DNA from: Dictyostelium discoideum
Taxonomy: Eukaryota
Direction of reading: 5' to 3'
DNA length: 64,000 nucleotides
Assembly: GCA_000004695.1 (NCBI GenBank)
Contig: CM000154.2
Coordinates: 4,160,001-4,224,000 of the forward strand
This document shows, one piece after another, positions 40,324 through 57,413 of this stretch (position 1 is its first letter; each line of letters begins with the position of its first letter). A program made the position numbers and the translations under genes. The notes under the pieces were generated by a model. The model made no database searches. It saw only the letters and a program-made list of their open reading frames with translations, and was not told the origin of the DNA.

Positions 40324-41613
40324 TTAAAATAAAAAGTATAAAAATAGAGATACCATTATTAATAAGTATTTTGGTATATTCTTACAAGAGCTATTACCAT
40401 CACTATTCTTTTCGAGTAATTCATTTGAGCTTGAGTGATGAATAAAAGGTGGTGGAGGTGTTCCCCTTTTATGTAATGGTGTTGGTGATACGTTTTCTTC
40501 AGAATCCGAAGATGATGAGTCCATAATTGGCAATGGTGATGCTGATACTGATACTGATGTTGATGCTGATGCTGATTCTGATGCTGATTCTGATTCTGAT
40601 GCTGATGCCGATGGTGATGGTGATTCAGATTGAGAAGATTTACTCTCACTATCTTTTTTTTTATCTTCACTACTAGATTCATTAAACTCACTAGATGCTT
40701 GAATAACCTCTTCAGATGAAGATGGTTTTTCTGTAGAAATTGACATTGGTCTAGAGGATATTGGTGTTTGAGTTGGAGTTGGAGTTTGAGTTTGAGTTGG
40801 TGTTTGGCTTGGTGTTTGAGTCGGGGTTGGTGTTTGACTTGGTGTTGGAGTTGGTGTTTGACTTGGTGTTTGACTTGGTGTTTGACTTGGTGTTTGACTT
40901 GGTGTTTGACTTGGTGTTGGTGTTTGAGTTGGTGTTTGAGTTGGTTTTGGTGTTTGACTTGGTGTTGGTGTTTGACTTGGTGTTTGAGTTTGGGTTGGTG
41001 TTAGTGTTTGAGTTTGAGTTGGTGTTGTTGTTTGAGTTTGAGTTGGTGTTGGTGTTTGAGTTGGTGTTGGTGTTTGGCTTGGTGTTTGACTTTCCTCTAA
41101 TGATGATGATGGTGATGGTGATGGTGATGGTGATGGTGATGGTGATGGTGATGGTGATGGTGATGGTGATGGTGATGGTGATGGTGATGGTGATGGTGAT
41201 GGTGATGGTGATGGTGATGGTGATGGTGATGGTGATGGTGATGGTGATGAGTTTGGATCTAATTCACCACATTTTACTTTAATAAAAGAGTTTAATTCTA
41301 ACCATTCACCATTGCAAGTTAAAGCTTTAGTCATTTCGAAAGCATTTGATCTTGTTGAGCATTGATTATTTTTATAAACATCGAAAATATAACCATTGGT
41401 TAATCTTTTTTTAACGGAAAATGAACGTGTTAATTGATCTTGTTGATCGACATTCTCATCTTTACATATTAAATAACTACATCTATTAGCAAGTGTTACA
41501 TTCTTTATAATACCACCATCTTTACAATTTAAACAAACTGTAAAAATTGTAGTATCAATTGAATATATACCAACTAATACATTAAAAAACAATACTACAA
41601 ATAATAATATTTT

Positions 41614-41616
<3 letters not shown>
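40324..41616 (-). CDS. Secreted, probably GPI-anchored, cell-surface glycoprotein of the PsA (prespore antigen)-like class. It has an N-terminal Cys-rich globular domain, an (SP)24 tract, TQTP/SQTP mucin-like repeats, an acidic Ser-rich tract, and a C-terminal hydrophobic tail
   Basis: There is a signal peptide ([19 protein letters not shown]). The N-domain motifs YKNNQCS…[21 protein letters not shown] parallel PsA (EYTTNQCT…TFTCADQ…WSGVCKI). (GGTGAT)24 on the plus strand at 41107..41247 encodes SPSPSP…. The C-terminus …[22 protein letters not shown] is a GPI-signal-like tail. Confidence 0.7.
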
Positions 41617-41646
<30 letters not shown>

Positions 41647-42033
41647 CTAAAATTGGTAATTTATTTTTTATATTATTTTTTTTTTTTTTACTAAAATTTT
41701 TATATTATTTTTATATTATTGTAATCTAATAAAAAAATTATTTTGAAATGTAATAATGGTTTGTTTGTTTTTTTTTTTTTTTAATTGTTTTATTTATTTT
41801 TTTAATTTGGTTATTTTAATTTAAAAAAAATAAATATATATTATTTTTATTTTGTTTGGTTATTAATCTCTAAATTTAATTTTACAAATGAAAAATGAAT
41901 TGGATTTAAAATAATTTCATACCATAAATAGTGCTTTTGTATATAAAAAATAACAGAAAATCATTGACAATTATTTTTAAATTTTCAACCATGATTTTAT
42001 TTGAATCGTAATTAAAAACAATACCTTTAAAAA

Positions 42034-42074
<41 letters not shown>

Positions 42075-42324
42075 GATTAGATTCTATTAAATAAAAAGAA
42101 AACATCCATTCACTTCATTATATTTTTATTTCTAATGTTTCAATTCAAATTACAAATCCAAAAATTCGTGCCCTATTGCGTTAAATTCCACCCATATAAA
42201 AATAAAATTTCTTTTTAAAAGAATTTAAAAAATCCACACCACACGTATGGATATTTTTATATATATATAAATTATATTTATATATTAAAATAAAACACCC
42301 GTTTGTGCATATCATTATTATAAT

Positions 42325-42352
42325 AATTACCAATTTTTTTCAATTGGTAATT
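42325..42352. promoter_or_regulatory. Perfect palindrome AATTACCAATT-N6-AATTGGTAATT in the 980-bp divergent promoter region between 41616(-) and 42596(+)
   Basis: The left arm is 42325..42335 and the right arm 42342..42352. The right arm is the exact reverse complement. It is a candidate dimeric transcription-factor site. Confidence 0.4.
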
Positions 42353-42595
42353 GTGGAATTTTCAAAACAATTCTTTTTTTTTTTTTTTTACGACTTTGTT
42401 ATCAATCTGGAGTGAAAATAAAAAAAAAAAATTAAAAAAAAAAAAAAAATAAAAAAAAAAAAAAAAAAAATAAAAAAAAAAAAAACATTTTAAAAAATTC
42501 ACACTTTTTCTTTTTTTATCCATTATTAGTGCGTCTTTTTTCTTTTTCTTTTTTCTTTTTTTTTAATTAAAACAAATAGAAAATACTGCACCACC

Positions 42596-44042
42596 ATGTA
42601 TAAAAGCAAATTACAAAATCAAGATGAACATTTACAACAACAACAAAAGGATTTTCCAATCGTTTGTGAAAATTGTTTAGGTGACAGCCCATATTTAACA
42701 ATGGTATGACATAATCTATAATTTTAATAATAATAAAAAAAAACAATACAAAAAAACAAATTCTAACCCTCCATACAAATAATCTTCCTTTTCACACTCA
42801 TACACGTATTCATACACATTATATATATATAAATATACTTTAATATATTTATATATTTATTTATTTTTATATCTTTATATTATGTATAAATAAAAAATAA
42901 AAAATAAAAATTAATAATAATAATAGACTAGATCAGAATTTGATAAAGAATGTAAAATATGTACTAGACCATACAATGTATATAGATGGAAACCAGGATC
43001 AAGTTCAAGATATAAGAGAACAGAGATTTGTAAAACATGTTCACAAGTTAAGAATGTTTGTCAAGCTTGTATACATGATTTAGAATTTGGATTACCAGTT
43101 CAAGTTAGAGATGCAGCATTAGCAGCAAATCAATTTGAAAACTCTTATGTTACAGATAAAGGTATTGAATACCAAGCAACTGAGAATCAACGTTTAATTG
43201 ATAACGGTTTAATATCATATGATAATTTTCAACCAAGTGATATCGTTACAAAATTAGCAAAAACAATACCAAAATCAAATTTTAATAATAGTAGTAATAA
43301 TAATAATAATAATAATAATAAAAATGATTCAAATGCACCAAAAATATGCTCATTCTTTCAAAAAGGTAATTGTAATCGTGGTGATGAATGTCCATATAGA
43401 CATGATTTAAATAGCAGCAATACAGAAATAAAAGATGGTGTAAATAAAATACAACAACAAAAACCACCAAAGAAACCAATCGATCAAAGTATAACAACAT
43501 TATTTTTAGGTAATTTAGAGTTTGATAAGATCACTGAAGATCATATTAAAAATAATTTATTTGTATTTGGTAATATTAAAAAGGTTAAATTAATTGAACA
43601 TCAAAAATGTGCTTTTGTAACATTTGAAACTCGTGAATCTGCTGAATCCGCAATAGATTCTTTATTTAATAATTTTAAAATTGATAATTGTGAAATTAAA
43701 TTAAATTGGAGTAAATCAAATAAACCACCACCAATTCAAAATACAAATAATAACAATAATAATAATAATTCATATCATCCTTATCAACATCCAAATAATA
43801 AAATAAATAATAATAATAATACAAATATAGAAAATACAGAAGAAAAAGAATTATATTCAGCAGCACCAACAGATAAACCAAAACCAATTACAATTATGAA
43901 ACCAATGGGAATTAAATCTTTCCCAACTTTTAAAATTAATCCAACTCCAACTTCTTCCTCCTCATCTTCATCAACAACTACAAATAAACCATACTACTCC
44001 TCAATGGATCCAAGTAATTATGGTAGTAAATATAGTTCATAA
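42596..44042 (+). CDS. rbm22: Pre-mRNA-splicing factor RBM22 (Cwc2/Slt11-type; zf-CCCH plus RRM). Model: exon1 42596..42703, intron 42704..42926 (GTATGA…ATAG), exon2 42927..44042
   Basis: Exon 1 encodes MYKSKLQNQDEHLQQQQKDFPIVCENCLGDSPYLTM. Exon 2 encodes TRSEFDKECKICTRPYNVYRWKPGSSSRYKRTEICKTCSQVKNVCQACIHDLEFGLPVQVRDAAL…, which is near-identical in pattern to human RBM22 ([42 protein letters not shown]…[24 protein letters not shown]). It also has C-x8-C-x5-C-x3-H (CSFFQKGNCNRGDECPYRH) and an RRM (TLFLGNL…KCAFVTFETRESAE). The ORF track shows only antisense artefacts here because the intron breaks the ORF. Confidence 0.9.
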
Positions 44043-44120
44043 ATAAATAAATAAAATTTTAAAAAAACTCTATTCTTTTATAAATTTATTTATTTAAATT
44101 TTTATTATTTATTTATTAAT

Positions 44121-44175
<55 letters not shown>

Positions 44176-44191
44176 TTATTGTTATTTTTGA

Positions 44192-45504
<1,313 letters not shown>

Positions 45505-46507
45505 CTCTCTCTCTCTCTTTTTTATTAATCAATTAATTATTGAACAAATAAAAAAAATAAAAAAAATAATAAAAAAATAAAAAAAGTGTGAAGTTTTTTC
45601 ATTTTTTTTTTTTTTATTTTTTTTTTATTTTTATTTTTATTTTTGTCATTTTAAAAAATTTGGAAGATCGTTGTTTGACTTTTTGAGGATAATAATAGTG
45701 TTTTTTAATTTTAAATTTAAAATTAAGGATTTGAATTGTTTAATTTTTTTTTAATTAACATAAAAATAAAAAAATAAAAAAATAATTAGTTTTTTTAATT
45801 TTTAAATTTTAAATTATTTATTATTTTATTTTTAACATTTTTATTTTTTTTTTTTTCTTGAAATAATAAGAGATATTTTTTTTTTTTTTTTTTTTAATAG
45901 ATTTTATTATATTAACACAACCACTAATTATTTATTAATAATTTTTTTTTTTTTTTTGTTTATTTTTTTTAAAAATAAATATGCGCCAAAATTTCAAAAA
46001 AAAAAAAAAGTAAGATCTCCCTAAATCCAACAACTAATTTTTGTTTTTTTCAAAAAAACCACCTTTTTTTTTTTTTTTTTTTTTTTTTATTTGTTTTTCG
46101 AATCACTAACATCACCACACTACATTTTAAATTTAATTCCAGATAACGGTTCATTTTTTTTTTTTATTAATATTGTTTTGTTTTTAATACTAGGGTGTGT
46201 GTTAATTAATAATAATTTATTTTATTTTTTTATTTTTATTTTTTATTTTTTTATTTTTTAATTTCATTAATTTTATTCTATGTGAACAGTCAAACTAAAT
46301 AATACCATATAATCAAACAAAACCAAAATCAAAATAATAATAATAATAATATAAAAAATTATATAAATATATATATAAAATAAAAAATAAAATTAAAAAA
46401 AAAAAAAAAACATATAATTTTATGCATATAATAATAATATAATATAATTTCCTACACATTTCATTAAACATAAAAGTTAAAAATTAAAAAACAAAAAAAA
46501 CAAAAAA

Positions 46508-46865
46508 ATGTATTCAAAAGAAAAGTTAAGTACCATATCAAGGGATGACCTTTTAAAGATTTGTAGAAATAATAGAATTCATATTCTTTCAGCTGAAATT
46601 GAAAAGGTAATGCAAATACTCTAAAATAAATAAATAAATAAACAAACAAACAATATATTAATTAATGTATTTAAAAAATAAAAAAATAATTATATAGCCT
46701 GAATTAATTTCTAGTATCCTAAGATACTTTAGAAGACAATCAAGATATTTTCAACCACCAGAAACTAATAATAATAATAATGAATTAACACTTGATCAAT
46801 TAGAATCACCAACTACAACAGCAACAACAACAAATACATTAAAATCATCATCTGAAGTTTACCCA

Positions 46866-46913
<48 letters not shown>

Positions 46914-48320
46914 TCATTATATCCAACATTATTAGAGAATAATAATAATAATAATGAAAATAGTTTAATTAAATTATCATCATCACTTTCAAATTATTCA
47001 TTTAATGGCGAAGTATCAGCATATAAACCACCACCAGCAATACCGATTTCAGTTGCATTAGCAAGAAGAAAAACAATATTCAAGAGTAGTACAAGTAGTA
47101 ATTATAATAACTTTGAAATGACATTAGATTTAAATTCTTCAAATGTCGATTTAAATAATTATCAAAATACAGGTTCACATTGTACCGATGATAAAAAATC
47201 AATCATCAAAAATATTTTAAATAATAATTTATTAATTCAATCACAATCCCAACCATCATCAACTTCAACTAATAATAATAATAATAATACATTATTACAA
47301 CAATCGTCATCAGGTGCATTACCACCACTAAAATTTCAACCACCACCAAATGTTACTAGTAATATAGCTAGTACCGCCAATATGGTATTACCAACTAACC
47401 CTTCTGATATTTCATTTCAATCACCACTATCACCTTGTGCACAAAAAGAACAAGATTCTATCATTAATCAAATTGCATCATTGGATTTAACCAAAATTTC
47501 ACCAAGAAAAGTAGATTATAATATTAACAATAATGATAACAATAATACAAGCATAATTCAATCACCATTACAATCAGAAACAACAACAACACCATTGATT
47601 ACTTCAACACTATCATCACCATCAACATCATCACCAATGAAAGGTTCTACCAATAATTCTCCAAATACCAAAACTACAGCTTCAACAACAACTACAACCA
47701 CAACAACAAATAAATCACCAACATCAACAACTGTTGTACCAGTTCAAGCTGAAAATAGAAAAGATAGTTTTATGGCCTTCAAAAAGAGACTATCTTTAAT
47801 GAAATTAAAGTTTGTGTCAAATTTTAAAAAAAACTTTATTTATTTCTTATTTATTTCTTTATTTATTTATAATAAGAGTACTAATACTACTTTTTTTTTT
47901 TTTTTTTTTGTTTTCAATAGGGATATGTCATCAAAAAAGAAAGCAACCACAACAAGTAGTAATGATACAAGATATGCAGAAACATCAAGACCAATTCCAA
48001 AATTAAATCCACATTTATCAAATAATAAACCAAAAGTGGCAACGCAACAACCAACAACAAATACAGCATCAAGAGTAACAAAGAGACCAGATTTTGATAA
48101 AATTCATCAAGCCGCTTTTGATAAATTACCTTCAATCGTTGATTATGAAGCAAAAAGAAAAGATCTATGGTTGAAATTAGGTTTTACAACTGTACCTCCA
48201 TTTGTTTCAAATAATAATGATACTACAATAACTACAACTGAATCAGATTCTAATAATACAAATGATAATAATAATAATATAAATGATAATAATACAGACA
48301 ATGATAATGAAAAAAAAAAA

Positions 48321-48370
<50 letters not shown>

Positions 48371-49622
48371 TCAATCAATTGATAGTCATATGGATATGTC
48401 AATTGAGAATAACAATAATAATAATACAACACCACCAAAACCAATACAGCCACAAATATTTAAACCTTCCTCAAATAATTTTAATCCAATTAATCCAATT
48501 ACACCAAAGAAAACAACAACTAATCCATTCCTTTCTTCAAATATTAATTTATCAAGTGTTAAAACTCCAACTAAATTTAAGTCTAGTCTTTCTAGTACAT
48601 TATCATCAATTCCACAAATGTCTTCAGCTGCAATCACTGAAGCTAATAAAACACCTTCAAAACATTCTTCAACAGTTTCATTATTAATGAATAAAAATTT
48701 TAATAATAATAATAATAACAATACACCTACAAATAATACTACTGCCTCAACTCCAACTACCATTACACCAACTTCAACTTCCACTACTTCTGCTACTTCA
48801 ACATCATCATCTTCTTCTTCTAAAACTACTACACCGGGAACTACTGCTGTTAGAAAACCCACCATTCCATCTTTTACATCAGCAACAACAAAACCATCAA
48901 GTAAACCAACAACTTCAACTTCTACTACCACTTCTTCAACATCATCTCTCTTTTCAAATAAACCAACAACCACTAGCACCACTGCATCATCAAAGTCAAC
49001 AACTGTAAATATGAAACCAACAACCTCAACCACTTCCAAATCCACATCAAGTACCACAATGAAACCAAAATCATCCACAACAACATCATCTTCATCTTCA
49101 ACTTCAGTAGCACCCACCACCGTTAGTAAATTACCATCATACGCTCAACCAACTTTTGCTTCAAATTTAAATTCAAAAGTTACACCAACAACTACATCCA
49201 CTAAATCATCTTTAACACCAAAAACTGGTATATTAAAATCAACAACACCAACAAGTTCATCTGAAAGATTGAAATCAAAATTATTATCAACAACAACATC
49301 ATCATCATCATCTTTAACACCAAAATCTTCATCATCAACTCAATCATCTCAATCACCTTTAACCAATATTACAAATACACCACCAAAAGAAACTTCAACA
49401 ACTACAACACCGAAATCAACAATTTTTGGTAATACAAAATCATCCTCTTCAACTACACCTTCATCACCTGGTAAAATAAAGAAAAGAAAGAGTATAAAAT
49501 CAACTGTTGTAATTTCAGGTACTGAAAAAAGAACAATAACACAAAAAAAGACATCTGATCAATCTCATGATTCTCTAATTCAAAGAAAAAGATTAGAACA
49601 ACAAGGGATAATTACAAAATAA
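46508..49622 (+). CDS. Ser/Thr/Asn-rich low-complexity protein (mucin-like composition). Model: exon1 46508..46606, intron 46607..46697 (GTAATG…TATAG), exon2 46698..47809, probable intron 47810..47920 (GTTTGT…CAATAG), exon3 47921..49622
   Basis: The frame of ORF 47118..49622 is open back to the acceptor at 46697, verified codon by codon. Exon 1 encodes MYSKEKLSTISRDDLLKICRNNRIHILSAEIEK and ends at a GTAATG donor. Inside the long ORF, the segment translated as …FVSNFKKNFIYFLFISLFIYNKSTNTTFFFFFFVFNR… is a T-rich, intron-like sequence. It is bounded by a phase-matched GTTTGT (47810) and a poly-T + CAATAG acceptor (47920). Confidence 0.7.
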
Positions 49623-49814
49623 AATAATTTTAATTTTAAAAAAAAATATATAACTTTATTTCTAAATTAATTTTAAAATAAAATTAACTATTCTATCAAT
49701 TTAAATTTTATTGTTATAATTTTAAATTTATTTATTTATTTATTATTTCTTTTTTTTTTTTTTTTTTTTCTTCCATTGAATCATTATTATCATCTTATCT
49801 TAATTATTTAATAT

Positions 49815-51793
49815 TTATTCATCAACATTATCAAGGAAGAAATAATTACCAGCAGCTTTTTGTTCATTATCTTTGATTGAATTTAATTTGTTAATTCTTG
49901 GACGGAAATTGGATGGATCACGACGGAAAGTGATTTCGAGAGATTTAAGGAAAGAGTTCATACCAGTGAGGAGAGATTGTGGAGTATTAGCAACACAAGA
50001 GACACCTGGAATACCATCATAAACGATGACACGATCAGCTAAATAAGTGGCCATAATGAAATCGTGCTCTACGATGAAACCAGATTTACCAGCGTGAAGA
50101 ATGAATCTCTTGATGACTTTAGAGACGATAATACGTTGTTCAGAATCCAAATAAGCGGATGGTTCATCAATGAGATAGATATCAGCAGGTTGACCTAAAC
50201 ATAAAACGATGGCAACACGTTGTAACTCACCACCAGATAAATTGAGTACTTGATTGTCGATGATGTTTTCAATGTTTAATGGTTTAACGACATCGGATTG
50301 GAATTGTGGATGAAGGAAAGTGTTGCAAATACGTTTATTAATCAATTCTCTAACGGAACCTGGGAATTTTGGATCGATTTTTTGTGGTTTGTAACTGACA
50401 TTCAACTCTGGAACTTGAGCATCAGTATCGGATGGCATATGACCAGCCAACATTCTGATAAAGGTGGTCTTACCGGTACCGTTTTGACCCAACATAACGA
50501 TGATTTCAGAATCTGTGAATTGACCTGCTTTAATTTCCAATTTGAAGGTACCCATTGTTTTGGTCATATTTGGATATTTGTAGTTACAATGTTTCTTGAT
50601 CTCTTCTTCATTCTCTGCTGTCTCTGAGAATTTAAAGGTTAATGCATCCTTACGGAATCTCATATTCTCTGTGTGAATATAACCACTAAGGAAAATATTA
50701 ATACCTTCTCTAACAGAGAATGGTAATGTTACAACACCATAAGCACCTGGTGCTCCATAAAGACAACAAATAAAATCTGATAAGTAATCTAAAACACTAA
50801 GATCATGTTCAACTACAATAATATAATTTTGTGATTGAATTAAACCTCTAATAACTTGTGCTGCCTTTAATCTTTGTTTAACATCAAGATAACTTGATGG
50901 TTCATCAAACATATAACTATAATAAAAAAAAAATATATAATATTATATATATATATATATATATAAATATATTAATATTTGATATTGTTGTTGTTGTTGT
51001 TGTTGTTGTTGTGTTGTTGTTGTTGTTGTGTTGTTGTTGTTGTTGTTGTTGATTTAAATTTTAATTTCTTTAAAAAAACTTACACATCGGCTTTTTGAAT
51101 TGCAACAACAGCAATTGCAAAACGTTGTAATTCACCACCTGAAAGTACTGGTACAGTTTTATGAAGTGCTTCTTTTAAGTCAAGACAATCGATCATTTCT
51201 TGTTTATTATCTTTTTCAGATTTAGCATCGAGGATACTTGAGACTACACCAGTGACAGCCTTTGAAAGATTATCAACGTATTGTGGTTTGATGAGTGCTT
51301 TTAAATCTTCACCGAGAATTCTAGTGAAATAGGATTGAAGTTCATTACCACGGAAGAAAGAAATGATTTCATCCCAAGTTGGTGGATTATCGTAGAGACC
51401 TAAATTTGGTTTTAATTTACCAGCTAAAACCTTTAAGGCAGTGGATTTACCAATACCATTGGTACCTACTAAACCCAATACTTGACCTGGACGTGGTGTT
51501 GGTAATCTATGAAGTTTGAAACTGTTTGGACCATAACGATGTGTGGTTTCTTTGGTTAAATTCTTTGGTAAATTAATGATTTGAATTGCTTCGAATGGAC
51601 ATTTCTTTACACAAATACCACAACCATTACAAAGTTCTTCTGAAATGTATGACATCTTTGATGTTGGTTTAACTTCAATACAAAGTTTACCCATCTTTAC
51701 GACTGGGCAATACTTTTTACATTCTTGACTACATTTCTTTGGTTTGCATCTATCTGCATTTACAATTGCTATTCTAATTGCATCATCTGCCAT
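49815..51793 (-). CDS. abcE1: ABCE1 / RNase L inhibitor (RLI1)-type Fe-S ABC ATPase. Model: exon1 51084..51793, intron 50917..51083, exon2 49815..50916 (about 603 aa)
   Basis: Exon 1 encodes [41 protein letters not shown]…[16 protein letters not shown] (two 4Fe-4S Cys clusters) and NBD1 ([20 protein letters not shown]). Exon 2 starts (V)[15 protein letters not shown] and contains NBD2 ([29 protein letters not shown]). The junction …IQKADV|YMFDEPSS matches the conserved ABCE1 sequence. Donor GTAAGT is at 51083..51078 and acceptor TATAG at 50918/50917. Confidence 0.9.
50917..51083. repeat. Intron of abcE1 containing (GTT)n / (TA)n microsatellites
   Basis: 50981..51050 reads gttgttgttgttgttgtg…, preceded by atatatatatatatata. 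Confidence 0.8.
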
Positions 51794-51903
51794 CTTTGTT
51801 TTTTATATATACTATTTGAAATAATTATATTTTTAATAAAATACAGTTACAATTATTTTAAATAATAATATTATTGTGCGTGTTATATAAAAACGAAGTA
51901 ACT

Positions 51904-51942
<39 letters not shown>

Positions 51943-51996
51943 ATGATTTTTTTTTTTTTTTACCGAAATTTTTTTTATTTTTTTTTTAAAAATAAA

Positions 51997-52027
<31 letters not shown>

Positions 52028-52336
52028 GTATCTCACACATTCTTATTTATTTATTAAAATTTTCTAATAAAAAAAGCAGTTTTTTTTTTTTTCTTTTTTT
52101 TTAATTAATTTTTATTTTTATTTAATTTTTTTAAACAAAATAATTATCAAAAAATTTATTAAAATAATTTATTTATTTATTAATTAATTTATTATTATTA
52201 TTCATTTATTTAAATAATAAATAAATATAAATAAATTAAATAAAAAATTAAAAATAAAATAAAAAAAATAAATAAAATAAAATAAAAAAAAAATAAAATA
52301 AATACCTTTTATTTTATTTTATTTTATTTAATTTTT

Positions 52337-54317
52337 TTAATCATCTCTATATTTTATATATTTTGAAATGAAATGAGTATCTAAATTTTTAATATAACGT
52401 GCATATCTATCACAATAGATTACATTTAAATTTTTTGGAATTGTATTAATATCAAAAATTGGTAAAAAACCATAAATATGAATATAATTTAAAGAAGATG
52501 GTAAACAATTGATTGGTGATAAATCAATTATTCTATTACTATAATTAATAATTGTTAAAGATTTTAAATTTGATGGTAAAATTGATGGACCTATTGCATT
52601 TGGATTATTAAAATTATAACATATTGTTAAATATTCTAATGAATTTGGAAAAGAAACTAAAGTTAATGGATGATTATAACCACCTAAATCTAATTTTTTA
52701 AGAGTACTCGGTAGTGATGATTTGTTTATTATTTGATTAAATCCACTACCAAATTTTAAAGTTTTTAATTTTTTATATATTTCATTAAATTCACTACTAC
52801 CACCACCATCACCACCACCACTATTAGGTATATTAATTAATTGATTATAATACCAACCAAATTTTAAAGATTTTAAATTATTTAATTGATTTTTAAATAT
52901 CAAATTATTTAATAAAGGTTGATTAAAATCTTGTTCAAATTTTAATTTTAAAAGATTACTAGGTAAACTATTTTCTTGAATAGCTTGATTGAAATTTACA
53001 CCAAATGATAATTTAGTTAATGACATTGGAAGTGAATTTTCATTTATAATTTGATTAAAATTATTACCAAATCTAATTGTTGATACATTCTCTGGTATAT
53101 CACCATCATTTAAAATATTATTAAATTCATTTTCAAATATTAATGTTGTAGTTGATCTTGGTATATTTAATAAATTATTATTAGAATTAATATTAAATTT
53201 TAAAGTTGTCACTGATTTTGGAATTGATTTTGGTTCAATTTTACCAAAATAATTTTTATTTAATTTTAAAGTTATTAAAGATATTGGTAATTTATGTTTA
53301 ATTAAAATTGGTTGTTGAAATGATGTGCAATATTCTAAATCTAAAGATTTAATTGATTTAGGTAACCATGTTGATTCTATTGTTTGTTTAAAATCTCTAC
53401 CTGTGAATGTTAAACTTGTAATATTCTCATGAAGTGTGAATTCAGTGAATGGTGAACTAAAAATAACATTATTAAATTCTAATTGTGTCAACGATTCTGG
53501 TAAACAATTACAATCGAGTTCAATTGAAAATCCAGTTCTAAATTTAATAGATTTTAAACCATTTAAAAATGTACCTTGTTTAATTTGTAATTTATCATTT
53601 CTATTATCCATTAAATTAATTGATGTTAAATAACTTTTAAATTTATAATTTTTATATTCTTCAATACCTTTAAAATTAATTTCAAATTTATGTAAATTAT
53701 ATAATCTCGAATGAAAAATTATTTCATTTCTTATAACTAAATTATTCCAAACTTTTTTAAATAAATTATAATTTTTATAATTAATTAATTCTTTATTATT
53801 ACTATTATTTTTATTATTATTATTACTATTTTCATTTATAATATGTTTTTTATTATTTATAATATATTTTTTATTATTTTCAATAATTATGAATATTGAA
53901 CAATTAAATTTTATTTTTAAAATATCATTACTATTATTATTATTATCATTATTATTATTATTAAAATAAATTTTATTTATAAAAGTTTCAATATTGTTAT
54001 TATTATTATTTTTATTTAATGATTTTAAATTATTTTTTATTAATTTAAATTGGAATTCATTTAACCCTAAATTATTTTCATAATCATTTCTATATTTTTT
54101 TTCAGGGATGTTAATAATAATAATAATTTAATTAATTATTTAAAAAGTGTATTTTTATTTACTTTTTAAAATTTTTTGAGAAAAAGCATTTTAAATTTTC
54201 AATGGAAATGTATAAACCATTAATTGATAGAATTGTGATACAATCTATTAATGAAAATTTATAATATGGTAACCCATCAACACTATTTATTAACCACTCG
54301 TAAACTATATTTTCCAT
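52337..54317 (-). CDS. FNIP-repeat protein with a hidden 5' exon. Model: exon1 54163..54317, intron 54090..54162 (GTAAAT…TATAG), exon2 52337..54089 (about 635 aa)
   Basis: ORF 52337..53611(-) is FNIP-repeat rich (FGxxFNQxIxxxSLPxSLxxL). Its frame is open, with no stop and no ATG, for a further 172 codons upstream (to 54127). That extension includes the family N-terminal motif LFKKVWNNLVIRNEIIFHSRLYNLHKF. A 51-codon ATG exon (MENIVYEWLINSVDGLPYYKF…CFFSKNFK) ends at a GTAAAT donor in phase 2. This matches the TATAG acceptor at 54091/54090. Confidence 0.65.
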
Positions 54318-54688
54318 TGATGATCATCGTTCTTTTTTTTTTATTTTTAATTTTTTTATTTTTTTTTATTTTCTAAATTTCACAAAAAAAAACATTATTT
54401 TTTATTTTTTTTTATATTATTTTTTATTTTATAAATTTGGTAACAATAGCAGTGTGTGAGGGAAATTTGATGACTCAGTGCCAAAGGAAATTTAAAAGAT
54501 ATTTTTTCGAGCTTAAAAATTTTTTTTTTTTTTTCAAAAACTATTAATATCTTTTTTTTTTTTTTTTTTTAGTATAAGATTTATGAATTCCTTTGTTTTT
54601 TAAACTATTATTATTTTTTTTATTTATTTAATTTAAGATTTATGATTTCAATTGTTTTTTATATTATTATTATAATTATTACTATTAT

Positions 54689-54735
<47 letters not shown>

Positions 54736-54739
54736 TATT

Positions 54740-57137
<2,398 letters not shown>

Positions 57138-57413
57138 TTTTTTAATATGAATTAAAAATATTATTTATTTTGATTTTGATTTTGGTATGAATAATTTTTT
57201 TTTTTTTTTTTATTTAATTTTGTTGTGTTGTTTTTTTTTTTTTTTTAATTTAATAAAAAAAAAAAAAAAAAAATGTAATTTATTATTATTTTTATTATTA
57301 TTTTTATTATTATTTTTATTATTGGTCATCTAGATTACCACTTGATTTATTGAGAAAATTATAAAATAATAATAATAATAAAATGGGTTAAACCCCATAA
57401 ATAGTATTTATTT

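Noticed and set aside
48386-49120. Antisense 244-aa ORF (MVGATEVEDEDDVVVDD…), together with similar antisense or alternative-frame ORFs at 36507..36850, 40761..41282, 18495..18717, 29298..29567, 55982..56365, 60190..60417 and 44369..44665
   Set aside because: All lie inside low-complexity coding repeats (S/T-rich, (GAAGAT)n, (GGTGAT)n, (AAT)n, (CAA)n) of the sense genes, or inside a pure microsatellite. Their compositions (poly-V, poly-L, poly-I, poly-C) are repeat-translation artefacts.
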